A stretch of 64,000 nt of DNA from the human T2T-CHM13v2.0 reference genome, Homo sapiens. A program made the translations under genes and the position numbers. Location: assembly GCF_009914755.1 (NCBI RefSeq), contig NC_060930.1; one strand, given 5' to 3'. Numbering within the stretch: the stretch's first letter is position 1; each line of letters begins with the position of its first letter. Shown in pieces: positions 1 through 11,519 of this stretch. The notes under the pieces were generated by a model that was not told the origin of the DNA, searched no databases, and saw only the letters and a list, made by a program, of their open reading frames with translations.

Positions 1-665
1 TCAGATGGGTTTTATTTAATCCTATATATTGTGACTTACTTTTCAATCTGACTCTGGCATAACATTCTAAGACAAGAAGAAAATATTTAATTCCTAAATA
101 CATTTCCTTGCCATACCCTGAAATTGCCCTGCGAAGTTTCTTGTGGGAAAAATCCACATTCTACAGAGCCTCCCCTTCCCGCTTTGTTTTCCTTCCTTTC
201 TTTCCAGATCCAGGAGATAATCAACTAAGAGCCAAGCACCCTTCTAGGTCTGATAAGAAACATTTTACAACCTGCTCTCTCTGAAGTCTGCTGAGAGATT
301 CCTCTGCACAAAAAAACTTGGTCTCCACAATCCTTTATCTTTAACCTGAACATTCCTTTCTATGGATCCCAGGTCTTTAGACAAACTCAACCAAATGTCA
401 ACCAGAAAGTTTAAATTTACCTATACCCTGGAAGCACCCCCGCTTTAAGTTGTCCCTCCTTTCTGAACCAAACCAATGTATTTCTTAAATGTATTTGATT
501 GATGTTTCATGCCTTCCTAAAATATGTAAAACCAAGTTGTACCCCAGCCACCTTGGGCACATGTTCTCAGGACCTGAGGGCTGTGTCACAGGCCATGGTC
601 ACTCATATTTGGCTCAGAATAAATCTCTTAAAATATTTTACAGAGTTTGACTGTTCACATCAACA
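1..665 (+). mobile_element. ERV1 LTR, MER4 family (5' part lies outside the window)
   Basis: 3' end ...ggtcactcatatttggctcagaataaatctcttaaaatattttacagagtttgact...caaca resembles the MER4 LTR U5, with AATAAA and terminal CA. Confidence 0.7.
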
Positions 666-2437
666 ACACCTATATTCTCATGACAGGATGTATTTATGTT
701 TGTAATCTCCATTCATAATCATAACCCTCCCATACTCAACCATTATTCTTTCTGTTTCACCTCCCCTTTCACTACCCTTAGACCGAAGTTCAGTGGTCAA
801 AGTCTATGAGAAAAATAGGAAATATACCAAAATATATCATTCAAAATGAATTCTGAAGCTTTCTTTACTTTTTTAAAGGCAAATTTTTAAAAACATAGTA
901 ACTGGATTAGCAATTAAGACAAATATTTTCAAACAGGATGGTATTCTTCACTGGATTATTTAAAGTAGGTAAGTAGATATTTAGCTGCATTCTCAGAAAT
1001 AAAAACAGTTATTAGTTTCTTGGCATATGGACCATTAAATTTACATTTATATGTAGACTTTTCTGGCCAAGAAATGGGATCCAAGTGTATAGACATATAT
1101 GCATATGTTAAGAGCATTTGGTAAGAGGTAGTTCTGTAGCAATTCAATGGCTATTTACTGAATTCCTATTAGTGATCACCCCATTGTTAGCGATTTCAGA
1201 GAGAAAGCATCTTTAAAAGTTTTCAGTTTTGTCAGAGAAACAAAATATGCACACATAAAGCAAAAATAACTCAATTATCTAATTGAAAATAGAGCAAAGT
1301 ATCTCCTTTTATTGAGCTCTACTAGAGAGTTCCATTAAATTTAATGTATAATCTTAACTTCATAAAAGGATATCTTTTTTTTTTCCACCAGTAAACCTTT
1401 ATCATGTAGTCTAAGGATTTTCTTTAGGTATAAATGAATCCAATAACATTAAATCAGTGCATGGAATTATGATGCTTTATTGCCCTTCTTTCTAATTTTT
1501 AAAATTCTAAGCAGAAGCACAACCAAAATCAAGCAACATACCAGCTCTGCTAGGGAGTAAAGTAAATATCAAATGTATATACTCACATACATATATATAA
1601 AACCAGAATTATCCTACATATGTGTAACCAGAATTTTTATGGTTATGAAACAGTGCAATACTAGTGTTTCACAGCTATATATTACTTCTATAACAAATGA
1701 CTTTTGTTCACTGAGTTGAAATTTATGTTACATTGCATTTGGCCAGAAAGAAAAGAAACACAGATGTGATGAATGAAGAAAAATACCAGTTGAGTCACCT
1801 AACCAGTACTGAAAAAGTTAAGTTTCAAAATACGGGTATGTTCTATTTCTTAACCTAGATAATGCATCCACAGTTATTTCTTTTGTTGTTGTTCTTTAAA
1901 TTCATCTTATACATTTTACTCTCTAGGTATGTGTGCTACATTTACTTCTCAGGAAACTTTTTCTTTTTAAATAGAAGAGTATCATTCCAAATATTGACAG
2001 ATGTCCTGTTCAGGAATTCCTTCCAATCTCCTAAACTGCCAGTTGCAAAACTAGTTTCTTCAGACCTCTACTTTACATATTGCATCAGTAGCCACTAACA
2101 ATAATTACAGCCTATAGATATCTGAAATTTCTTTGTTGACAAGTCTGGCAGCTAAGCAAAGGTCCTTATTAAAGGTAATGATATTTCTTAAAAAATCATG
2201 CACAACCAGAAAACATAACAGAAAGGTACATACGAGATAAGCTGTAGCATTTTAGGGGTGATCAGGACAGGGACTGCATCTTACAGCTCTTAACGCAGAA
2301 TTTTACATTAAATTTTTGTGGAACTAAATGACACATAATGTGGTTATTACTATATAGGTATTATGGTACCTAGTCATCATTTTCTAAACTAAAGATAATA
2401 TCTATATTTACAAAATAAGAAAAAAAGAACTATTTCA

Positions 2438-2750
2438 GGCCAGGTACGGTGGCTTATGCCTGTAATCCCAGCACTCTAGGAGACCAAAGTGGGCAGATCG
2501 CCTGAGGTCAGGAGTTTGAGACCAGCCTGGCCAACATGGCGAAACCCCATCTCTACTAAAAATACAAAAATCAGCCAGGTGTAGTGGCACACACCTCTAA
2601 TCCTAGTTACTCAGGAGGCTGAGGCAGGAGAATAACTTGAACCCAGGAAACGGAAATTGCAGTGAGCCAAGATCACACCACTGCACTCCAGCCATGGTGA
2701 CAGAGCGAGAGACTCTGTCTCAAAAAAAAAAAAAGAAAGAAAGAAAAAGA
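2438..2750 (+). mobile_element. AluS
   Basis: Full dimeric Alu with A-rich tail; TSD AAAAAGAACTATTTCA at 2422-2437 and 2751-2766. Confidence 0.95.
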
Positions 2751-5299
2751 AAAAAGAACTATTTCACTGTTGGGGTTTTTAAAAAATGCAAACCCAGGGG
2801 GTGTGGCTACAAGTGAGGGTATCATAGTCAGCCAAATAAATAAATAATCTTTCACTGGCCTCTGGTCAGCTTGCCAAAGAGCCACACCTTCTCCATCACT
2901 CCTAGCTGAGGAATCTCTGCTCCTCTTCAGAAAGGGAAGGCAAGAGCTCCTTGTCTGGTTTTATTCATATTTACAAAATGGGTTTATATGCAACATAATC
3001 TCTATTGGATCACTAATAAAAATATTGACACTTTTTAAGAAATGAGGTTAATAGACAATACAAAGTCATTCTACATATCTACATATAATACATATCGTAT
3101 AAGGGTCTAGTTAGTAGTATTCTTCCTACTTTAACTATTTGAACAGATTTTCTCACAAGACTGTTAGGTGTGAGTTAAGGATAACCTGATGCATTTTCTA
3201 TAACTTTCTCAGAATGAGAGGCAATTTACCCAGTAGGTATTGAGATAAGACTTGACTCACTGTGTCCTTCCCTTCTTCATTCTATTTACTGAGGATGAAG
3301 GGAACTTGCTTTCTCCCTCTCTCCCTTTCTCCCTCCTCTCTCCTCTCTGCAACCTAGGGCTGCCTTCAATTTGGGAAGTGTCCCATTCTAAGAAGGCCAA
3401 ATAGCCTAGAGCTCAGGGTTCCTTAGGAATGCTTCTAGTCTAGGGAAAATAAGCTGTCAAGGTCATGTACCAGTTCAGCTAATAAACCTGGGAGGCCTAC
3501 ATATTCAGAGCCAAACATAGCATGCCTAGGGTCTTGCTTTTGCCTAGAATATGCCGTTAATCAGGTATGAAGATACAACCCAATGAAGCAGATACATGTG
3601 GGGCAGAGGCCCCAATTTCCACCTTGATAACTTTAGAATAAAAGTGCTAAAGAAACTTGGTAAGGACTTAGATAGTTGCTTTAAAAGTTTTTTTTTTTTT
3701 GCCTGTCTGCCATAATCCTCTGTTTAGAGGAAGAAACAAGGAGTTAATCTAGAAAATAAGGAGGAGGGACTTATAAAAGCATTAGCATTTTGTGGGAAAG
3801 TAGAATCAGTAAACAACATATCTTCTGCTCTCATTGTAAAGGGTCTGTCTGCTCTGTCTTGATACATTACCCCTCTCTCCAACATCAACACTACAGCAAT
3901 TAGTATGAACGCCATCAGATCTATATCCTTTTATCCTCAAATCTTTAAAACATTAAATATTTAAGTAATAGTAGTATTTTGCCTCATTAGACATCTTTGA
4001 TCCATCACTGAAATGCCAATTTTTCCAAGAAAATCTTGTAATACTTCATGTATCCTTTCTCTATTAATTCCATATTTTCTATCTTCTCTCATTCTATTCC
4101 CTCCCACTACTGTCTCTCCTTTTCTCTCCTCCTCTTATATTCCTTGTCTGTGCCAGAAAAACCTGAGAACACTGCTTAAGCCTGCTAGATTCACTGACCC
4201 CAAGTTTAGAAATCCAATTCTAAAAATTTTATAATAGCCTATTATGTACACTTTCGTCCCAGTTCTAAATTCAGAGACTATCTTAGACAAAAGCTCAGTG
4301 ATGAGATGACAAGGTGTTAGTCATTATTAACCTACTATAGTATCTAATAGTATAAAGTGAACAAAGCTTAAGATTCAGGTTCTGTAGAAGTATGTAGTTA
4401 AACGATTGGTTTTTTTTGGATTTCTTCCAGAATCACAGGAAGATGAAAAGGTTCTGAAGCATTTACAATTTTATAAGCTTTCTTCGGGGTAAAACTTATG
4501 TTTAAAACCTGCCATGCAGGATGTCTTGCAGCCCCACCACAAAGAAGATTCAGTGGAGCTGAACAAGCTCACTACCAAGCCACTGAAAAGAGGAAAGAAA
4601 GTCCATCTGAGATCAAAGGTCGCACTTCCCATTTTTTTCAAGTTCTGCAAAGGTGATCTGTTTCCCTTTAGTGCACAGGAAATAAGTGAGATGTTCTCTA
4701 AAAGCCTTTACCTGTTTCACCTTATACTGTAATCACTAAATCCAGAAGACTAACGCAAACTCATACTTAAAAAGAAAACAATTAGCCTAGAGCACGTAAT
4801 AGAAATCAGAAGCATTTGATTTCAGACTGTCTGTATATCGCCTGTTTGTAAAAGTTCTGATTCGGTTGTAGGCTGTCATAACATAAACTACCTTTCAAGG
4901 TTCATTACATGCCATCCACAACTCTCTCCCTCACACAGCCAAAATGCACAACTTTCAGTTCCTGAAATCCTTTTGATTTTTTCGCCATCTCAAGCTTTCG
5001 CATATGCGATCTACCTGTTACATTTTTGTCTTCCTCAGAGTAACTTCAAATCATCTCCTCTAACATAGGACTACATAAAGTCCCCTTATTGTCTGCTCTC
5101 AGAACATCTGTATCTCTCATCACCACTCTCACTCACTCTTTGCTGTAATTAGTTTTTTAACCAGTTCTTCCCATTAGTCTTAGCTGCAAGAGGGCATTTG
5201 CAGTGCCTAAAGATAATATTCTTAAGACTAAACAGGGGCTTAAGAATCTGGCCACAAATCAACTCTCCAACTACCCTGTTTATAATCCTCACAACTCAC

Positions 5300-5315
5300 C
5301 CTGTTTCAATGCCAT
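5300..5315 (-). CDS. ECHDC1: Alternative coding start (MALKQ + first base of the E codon) of the ethylmalonyl-CoA decarboxylase long isoform; the remaining CDS lies left of the window
   Basis: Minus strand reads ATG GCA TTG AAA CAG G followed by a consensus donor GTGAGT (5299-5294). This matches the recalled ECHDC1 N-terminus MALKQEMAKSLL. Confidence 0.8.
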
Positions 5316-5984
5316 GCTTCTTCACAGGCTGGCTTCCCTTCCTGGAATGTTAATCATTGCAGGAATCCCAGCTGATTATACAGTCGCCTTTCAGGCCAGA
5401 ACCCAATAAAAAATCAAGAAAGGATCGCCCGTTCTATTACTGCGCTGCTCCCTCCCCTCGTAGATTTCACAAATATACTTCTCACCACAAGCTTGTCTGT
5501 TCCAAGAGAATGCTAGCTCTTCTAAAGAAGGAGCCCTTTGTTTTCCTTGCCCTTGTCCAGTTCCTCTGCATACCTCTAGCACCTAGAGCAACAACTGCTA
5601 TACAGGAGCCCAGATGTGGAACAGAGCAAAGAACTGAGTGTTGATTTAATGTTGCCTGAAGTCCTTAACAGCACCTTCAACCTAAACTTAACTGTGTTTT
5701 TAATCCCCTACACGTGTAATCCCTGTATGTGTGCGCAGCGTTAAAAGGATTATTGTAGCTCAAAAATTCTCCAATGAAAGAACCTCTACCAGAAAGGAGT
5801 TGCTCATCTTTCGTTCTTGAAAAGTTGGCTGCACGATACAAGTAAGAAAAGTTTTAGTTAGGCAAGACAACTTATACATAAAAGACAATTATAGGGAACA
5901 TTACCTAACTTAGCACAGGGCCTCGAATGTATTCCGAAATTAAATCAGCATGTAGAAAGCAAGCCTCCTCATGCTTTTTAAAGT

Positions 5985-6730
5985 GTAATCTCGCGACCTC
6001 GCGGCGCGCTCTGGGAAGACCGATTCATCTCTTCCCCTCGCCCTCTTTCCCCGGCCCGCGCACAGCCGGCCCGTGGCGCTCGGCACCGCGTCTCCACGTC
6101 CAGCGCGGGGCAGGCCTGCGCGGCGCTTGCAAGGGACAAGCCGCGGAGCCGGGGAGGCTCGCCGTCTGGGACACGTTTGGAGAAGCGAGCGGTACAGTCC
6201 ATTCCACGGCGACATTTTAGGATTCTCCCACTGACAACACTAAACTGAAGCGCTAAGACCAACCCTTACGACCACTTACCGTCGCAGGCCACGGTGGTGA
6301 CTTCCTTTTCCGCTCCCCTACACACGCTTTTCCGTTTTGCGTGCCTTTGTTTCCGCTCCCCCCGGGACCATCGTGCGCCCCTGTCCTCCGTTCTTGTAGG
6401 TCCTCTCCTCTTCTCCGCGTCTTCTCTTTTACTATCCCACGCTCTCCTTTCCTTTCTCCAGGAACTTTATCCCGTTCCCCTGCCGGTTCCCGTGACCCCG
6501 GAAATCCCGCTCCTGCCGCGAGGCGCCCTCCGCTTCGCGCTCCCTCGTGTCACGAGGGAGCCAGGGTGGGCGGTCTCCTATTGTACTTGGCTTTTGAATT
6601 TTCGCTTTTGCAGCACAAAGGTAGGGCTGGGAAAGGAGGCTGCCGAACCGTGCTTGTTTTCGCTCAGATAAACGTGAGAAAAAGTGGAGGTGAGGAAGCC
6701 AGTGTAGGCAAATAGCGAGAGGGGAGAAGA
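5985..6730. promoter_or_regulatory. CpG-island promoter
   Basis: GC- and CpG-dense stretch in an AT-rich, CpG-depleted background; ETS-like CCGGAAAT (~6498), GC box GGGTGGGCGG (6564-6573), TCTCGCGA (5989-5996). Confidence 0.9.
6280..6560 (-). other. ECHDC1: Non-coding first exon of the minus-strand gene (5' boundary approximate)
   Basis: Strong donor CG|GTAAGT at 6280/6279 inside the CpG island; the TSS cannot be fixed from sequence alone. Confidence 0.7.
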
Positions 6731-6984
6731 CAGAAAGGTACCGAAGGTCGACCTTTTTTAGGTATCTTATCCAAGTTATTGAGGGGAATGGGTATTTAGC
6801 CAGTTTTTTGTTTGTTTGTTTTTATCCGAATATCCAGTGTGTGTCTTGAATGTGTGAATGTGACGTGTTTATAAAGCTCAGTAAGCTTAAAATTCCGTGC
6901 CAATACATTTTGTATGCCGCAGACAGGAAGTGCTTTGGAAGACCCTTGAAAGGGGAGGTGATTTTACACCAATATTGAGATCAT

Positions 6985-7545
6985 TTTGTCAGAGTCGTGG
7001 GACTAAAGGTAGACCTTAGGTAGTCGATGTCAAAGATAAGCGCAGCTGGACGTTAAAGCGGTGAAAACATTCAGTTAACTACTGACAGGAAAGAGCTGAG
7101 CTCTATTTCGATTCGTGCAGAGATCATCTGGGCATTTTTAAAGGGACGTTTTAAAAGGAGAAAGGGGATATGCGGGCGCTCAGTAGAGAAAGTGAACCTA
7201 CAGAGTTGTTAGTGTAAATGTGATTAGGCCAGCTGTGTGTTTGTGTGTGCGCGCGTTTTAACAGTTACCGCAGGATTCTATCCTCCTACGGAGGATTTTA
7301 TCCTTCTCGATTACATTTCAAAGGAATGACTCTCTGGTCCTTGAGAGAGAACTTCTGAGTGGCAAGAAATAAGTCTTTACAATTGCAAGCCCTTTAGTAA
7401 ACGTTCTAAGAAAGGGATGTCAGAGACCTATCATCAGTTGTGTGCTGGTTACATCACGTAGTTAAGCTTTCTGAGGCAGTCGCCCTGGGCACAGGGCCTT
7501 ATGCTGCTAAAGCTTGCTAGAGTTTGGTCAAGTCTCTGAACGCAG
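6985..7545 (-). mobile_element. Probable old ERV1 LTR (MER67/MER31-like)
   Basis: Minus strand begins ...agagacttgaccaaactctagc, resembling MER31/MER67-group LTR starts, and ends ...tgaca; weak recall. Confidence 0.35.
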
Positions 7546-7806
7546 GGGTTTAGATGGGATGGTCATGTTCCTGGAGTTCTGCAGTGGTCATAGGTATGAT
7601 TTGAATAAGTACAGGGAATATTCTAGTCGGAGGAACAGAATGTGCCAACGCGCCGAACAGGAAGGATAGTTTTACGATACGGAGATGTGTATGATAGGGA
7701 ATAAGTGGGAGCCCAGTTTGGACTAATTGGAAGAAGTCATTATTAGAAGTACTGTATTTAATTCTAGTTTGTTATAAAATGAGACTCCAAGATCACTGAG
7801 CCATTT

Positions 7807-8243
7807 CACTGAGACTCCAAGATCACCCCAATGCTAGGCTAATCTCCATGGCGCCTAGATCTATGCCCACTCCATTCCCCATGTTGGTCCCCATAGTTTC
7901 AGGCACCAGGCTCCAACACCAGGTTGGGCCCTACAGCCCCAGTCTCCAGGTTGGCACCAGTGGATATAGGCTTTAGGTCCACTGACTGCTGGTCCCTACA
8001 GCCCCAGGTTCCAGTGAACCCAGGTTCCAGGCCTGCTCCAACAAACCCAAGGTCCAGGTCTACCCCAGTAGACCCTGGCACCAGAACTACCCCAGAGGGC
8101 CTAGCCTACAGGCTACCACCCACAAACCCAGCCTCCATGATGGCCTCTGAAGAATCAGGCTTTAGGTCTTCCCCAGCACCAGACTAGACTGCTAGACTGA
8201 TGTTCCACTTTTGTCCCCATGGACCCAGGCACCAGGCCCATCT
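7807..8243 (+). repeat. 437-bp direct copy of 11811-12247 (L1 5'UTR-derived)
   Basis: Base-by-base comparison: offset 4004, 4 substitutions, no indels seen. Confidence 0.95.
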
Positions 8244-8655
8244 GAGAGGTTTCTTCAGTTTTATTTTTCAGTAATAACTTTCATTCTTCTTTCTCAGTGA
8301 TAACTGTAGTACTCAGTGGGCTTTCTATTTCTGGCTCCCATTTTCCATCTTTCTTTTTAACACTTTGGGAAAATATCCAAGTTAAACTCTATATAGTGGG
8401 GTAGGTGGACAATGAAAGATAAGTAAATACATAATATGTATAATCAACGGAGTGAAAAGACAGCCTGCAGAATGGGAGAAAATATTTGCAAACTATATAT
8501 CTGACAAAGGGTTAATATCCAGAGTATATGAAGAAGTCAACTCAATAGCCAAAAAAAAAAAAAAAAAATCCAATTTAAAAATGAGCAAAAGGCCTGAATG
8601 GACATTTCTCAAAAGAAAACATGATGATGACTAACAAATATATGAAAAAATGCTC

Positions 8656-8977
8656 AGCCAGGCACAGTGACTCACACCTGTAATCCCACACCTTGGGAGG
8701 CCAAGCAGGTGGATTGCTTGAGCCCAGAAGTTCAAGACCAGCCATGGGCAACATGGCAGAACCCTGTCTCTACAAAAAATCACAATTGGCTGGGCAATGT
8801 GGCATACACCTATAGTCCTAGCTACTCAGGAGCCTGAGGTGGGAGGATCACTGGAGCCCAGGAGCTCGAGGCTGCAGTGAGCCATGATCACACCACTGCA
8901 TTCCAGCCAGGGTGACAGAGCAAGACTCTCAAAAACAAATACATACATTTTTAAAAAATTAAAAATAAATAAAAATA
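8656..8977 (+). mobile_element. AluJ
   Basis: J-type diagnostics (ttgagcccag, ggaggatcac, gaggctgcagtgagccatgatc). Confidence 0.85.
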
Positions 8978-9123
8978 ATCATAGGGGAAATGCAAATCAA
9001 AACCACAATGAGATATCACCTCATACCTGTTAGAATGGCTATTATCAAAAAGACAAAAAATAACATGCCCATGCATATGTGGAGAGAAATACTTATACAC
9101 TGTTGGTAAGAATGTAAATTACT

Positions 9124-9399
9124 GGCCAGATGCAGTGGCTCACGCCTGTAATCCCAGCACTTTGGGAGGCTGAGGTGGGCGGATCCCGAGGTCAGGAGGT
9201 CAAGACCATCCTGGCCCACATGCTGAAACCCCTTATCTACTAAAAATACAAAAAAATTAGCCAGGCATGGCAGCACATGCCTGTAGTCCCAGCTAAACCT
9301 GGGAGGCAGAGGCTGCAGTGAGCCGAGATCACACCACTGCACTCCAGCCTGGGTGACACAGCGAGACTCCGTCTCAAAAAAATAATAAATAAACAAAAG
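9124..9399 (+). mobile_element. AluSc/Y-like with a ~30-bp right-arm deletion
   Basis: cccagcta is joined directly to aacctgggagg; degenerate TSD aagaatgtaaattact / aagaatttgaattact. Confidence 0.85.
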
Positions 9400-11227
9400 A
9401 ATTTGAATTACTCTAGCCATTATAGAAAACAGTATAGAGGTTCCTCAAAAAATTAAAAACAAAACTGCCATATGATCCCACAATCCCACGCCTGGGTATA
9501 TATCTGAAGGAAGTAAAATCAGTATGTTGCAGAGATATCTGCACTCTCATGTTTATTGCAGCACTGTTCATAAGAGCCGAGATATGGAATCAACCTAAGT
9601 GTCCATCAGTGGATGAGCGGATAAAGAAAATGTGGTATATACATACAATGGAATACTATTCAGCCATTAAAAGGAATGAAATCCTGTCATTTGTGGCAAC
9701 ATAGATGGACCTGGAGAACATTAAGTGAAATAAGCCAGGCACAGAAAGACAAATATCACATGATCTCATGCAGGTGTAGAATCCAAAGAAGTTGATCTCA
9801 TAGAAGTGGGAAATAAAATGGTGGTTATCAGAGGCTGAGAAGAGATTAATCAGTGGGTACAAAGTTACAGTTAGGAGGAATAAATTCTGGCGGTCTATTG
9901 CACAGTAGGATGACTGTGGTTAACAACATTGTTTCAAAATGGCTAGAAAAGATTTTGGTTGTTCTCACTACAAAGAAATGGTAAATACATGAGGTGATGG
10001 TTTTGCTAAATAACATTAAAATATCACCATATCCCATAAATAAGTAAAATTGTTATGTGTCAAAAATGAAACAAAAATATATAATGTTGGGGGGTATTAA
10101 GTGCTATGATGACAAGTAAAGCAAGTTTGGCATAATTTTGGGAGTTGGCATATTAGGTTAAGGTAAAGCCAGTTACTTTTGTTATGTTTATGAATTCCTA
10201 GGCCTCTTGACAAACACTGAGGTTCTCAAACATTGGCAAACACAAGTCACATTAGGTAAACATACAAATTCTTGGCCTTAGTTCCATATATTTTATTCTG
10301 AACAAATAGCCCTTAAGTCAAAATTGAGAAACAATGATTAGTAATAAGTTTTTACACTTCAAGTATTTCCTCATTCTGAACAAAGGATGTCGACATGTAT
10401 TTACACACTTGAATGTTTCAACACTACCGTGTGATGTGATTTTACTTTTTTTTTTTTTATATTTCAGCTTTGAGTATCATGTATTCTATTTTCAATCTGT
10501 TGTTTGTGGCCTAGACTCAATGCAATAAGTTTTTAAGGGGTTTTCTCTCTGAAGCACAAAATACCTTTTTACTCTAAAAAGCGGGGATGGGAAGAAGATA
10601 AACCAGACTCAGATATTATGATTTTCTTCACTTGTCCCTGGTATGAGTTTTATGAAAACATTTGTAACCCAATCACAGCTATCTTTCCCCTGAAACAACA
10701 CGTGCTTTAGACTGAATTGGTTATAGTTCTAGGTATGAGAAAGAAATATCAAAATGTTATACCACAATGTATATCATTTATTGTTGCATTATATTCTATC
10801 ATGATAATTTTTATTAATGTAAGCTTATTGAGTTCAAATGCCTTGTTAGCCTTATTTTTCCTCCTTCCCATCCTTTCTTTTTTTCCTCCTCGGTTCTTTC
10901 CTCTCTTTATTTCTTTTGAGAATGTAGTTAAATTTTTTTCTTAAAAAATGCCATAGAAAAAAATACTAGAATGAATATCTCATGCTGTTAATAGTTATCA
11001 GTAGTAACTTGGGGGAATGTAGTGTTTGTTTTGTTAGTTAAATATACTTGGTTTTCAGATTTCTCAAAATGAATGAGAACACTTAATAACATGGTAAAAT
11101 GTTGAAACTATAGTATTACTTTCAAAAAGGCTATCTAGAATGGAAGAAGGGTGATGTCAGAAAGATGGCAGTATAGCACTTCCCAGTACTTGTCCCTTCA
11201 CAGAAACATCTATTTGAACCACTATCC

Positions 11228-11519
11228 TTTTTTTTTTTTTGAGACAGAGTCTTGCTCTTGTTGCCCAGGCTGGAGTGCAATGGCGCAATCTTGGCTCACT
11301 GCAACCTCCGCCTCCTGGGTTCAAGCAACTCTGCCTCAGCCTCTTGAGTAGCTGGAATCACAGGCACACGCTACCACGCCGGCCAATTTTTGTACTTTTA
11401 GTAGAAACGGGGTTTTGTCATGTTGGCCAAGCTTGTCTTGAACTCCTGGCCTCAGGTGATCCACGTGCCTCAGCCTCCCAAAGTGCTGGGATTACAAGCG
11501 TGAGCCACCACGCCCGGCC
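11228..11519 (-). mobile_element. AluS
   Basis: Antisense Alu; TSD TGAACCACTATCC. Confidence 0.95.

Larger units (their letters stand above)
8440..10080 (+). mobile_element. 5'-truncated L1 (L1MA-type 3' end) interrupted by two Alus; apparently splits an older L2 fragment
   Basis: ORF2 C-terminal peptide [22 protein letters not shown] plus L1 3'UTR; L2-like sequence on both flanks. Confidence 0.85.

Noticed and set aside
1945-2070. Minus-strand open frame SEETSFATGSLGDWKEFLNRTSVNIW... ending near a GTAAAT
   Set aside because: No polypyrimidine tract at the putative acceptor and no match to the ECHDC1 protein as I recall it; probably chance
4405-4440. Strong plus-strand acceptor-like site (ttttttttggatttcttccag|)
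   Set aside because: No convincing paired donor or transcript evidence; such motifs are frequent by chance
5927-6715. Several 90-125 aa ORFs across the CpG island
   Set aside because: Expected in stop-poor GC-rich DNA; no recognisable protein
7924-8187. Pair of near-identical 87-aa Pro-rich ORFs (also 11928-12191)
   Set aside because: By-product of the duplicated GC-rich L1 5'UTR; non-ATG start and no gene structure
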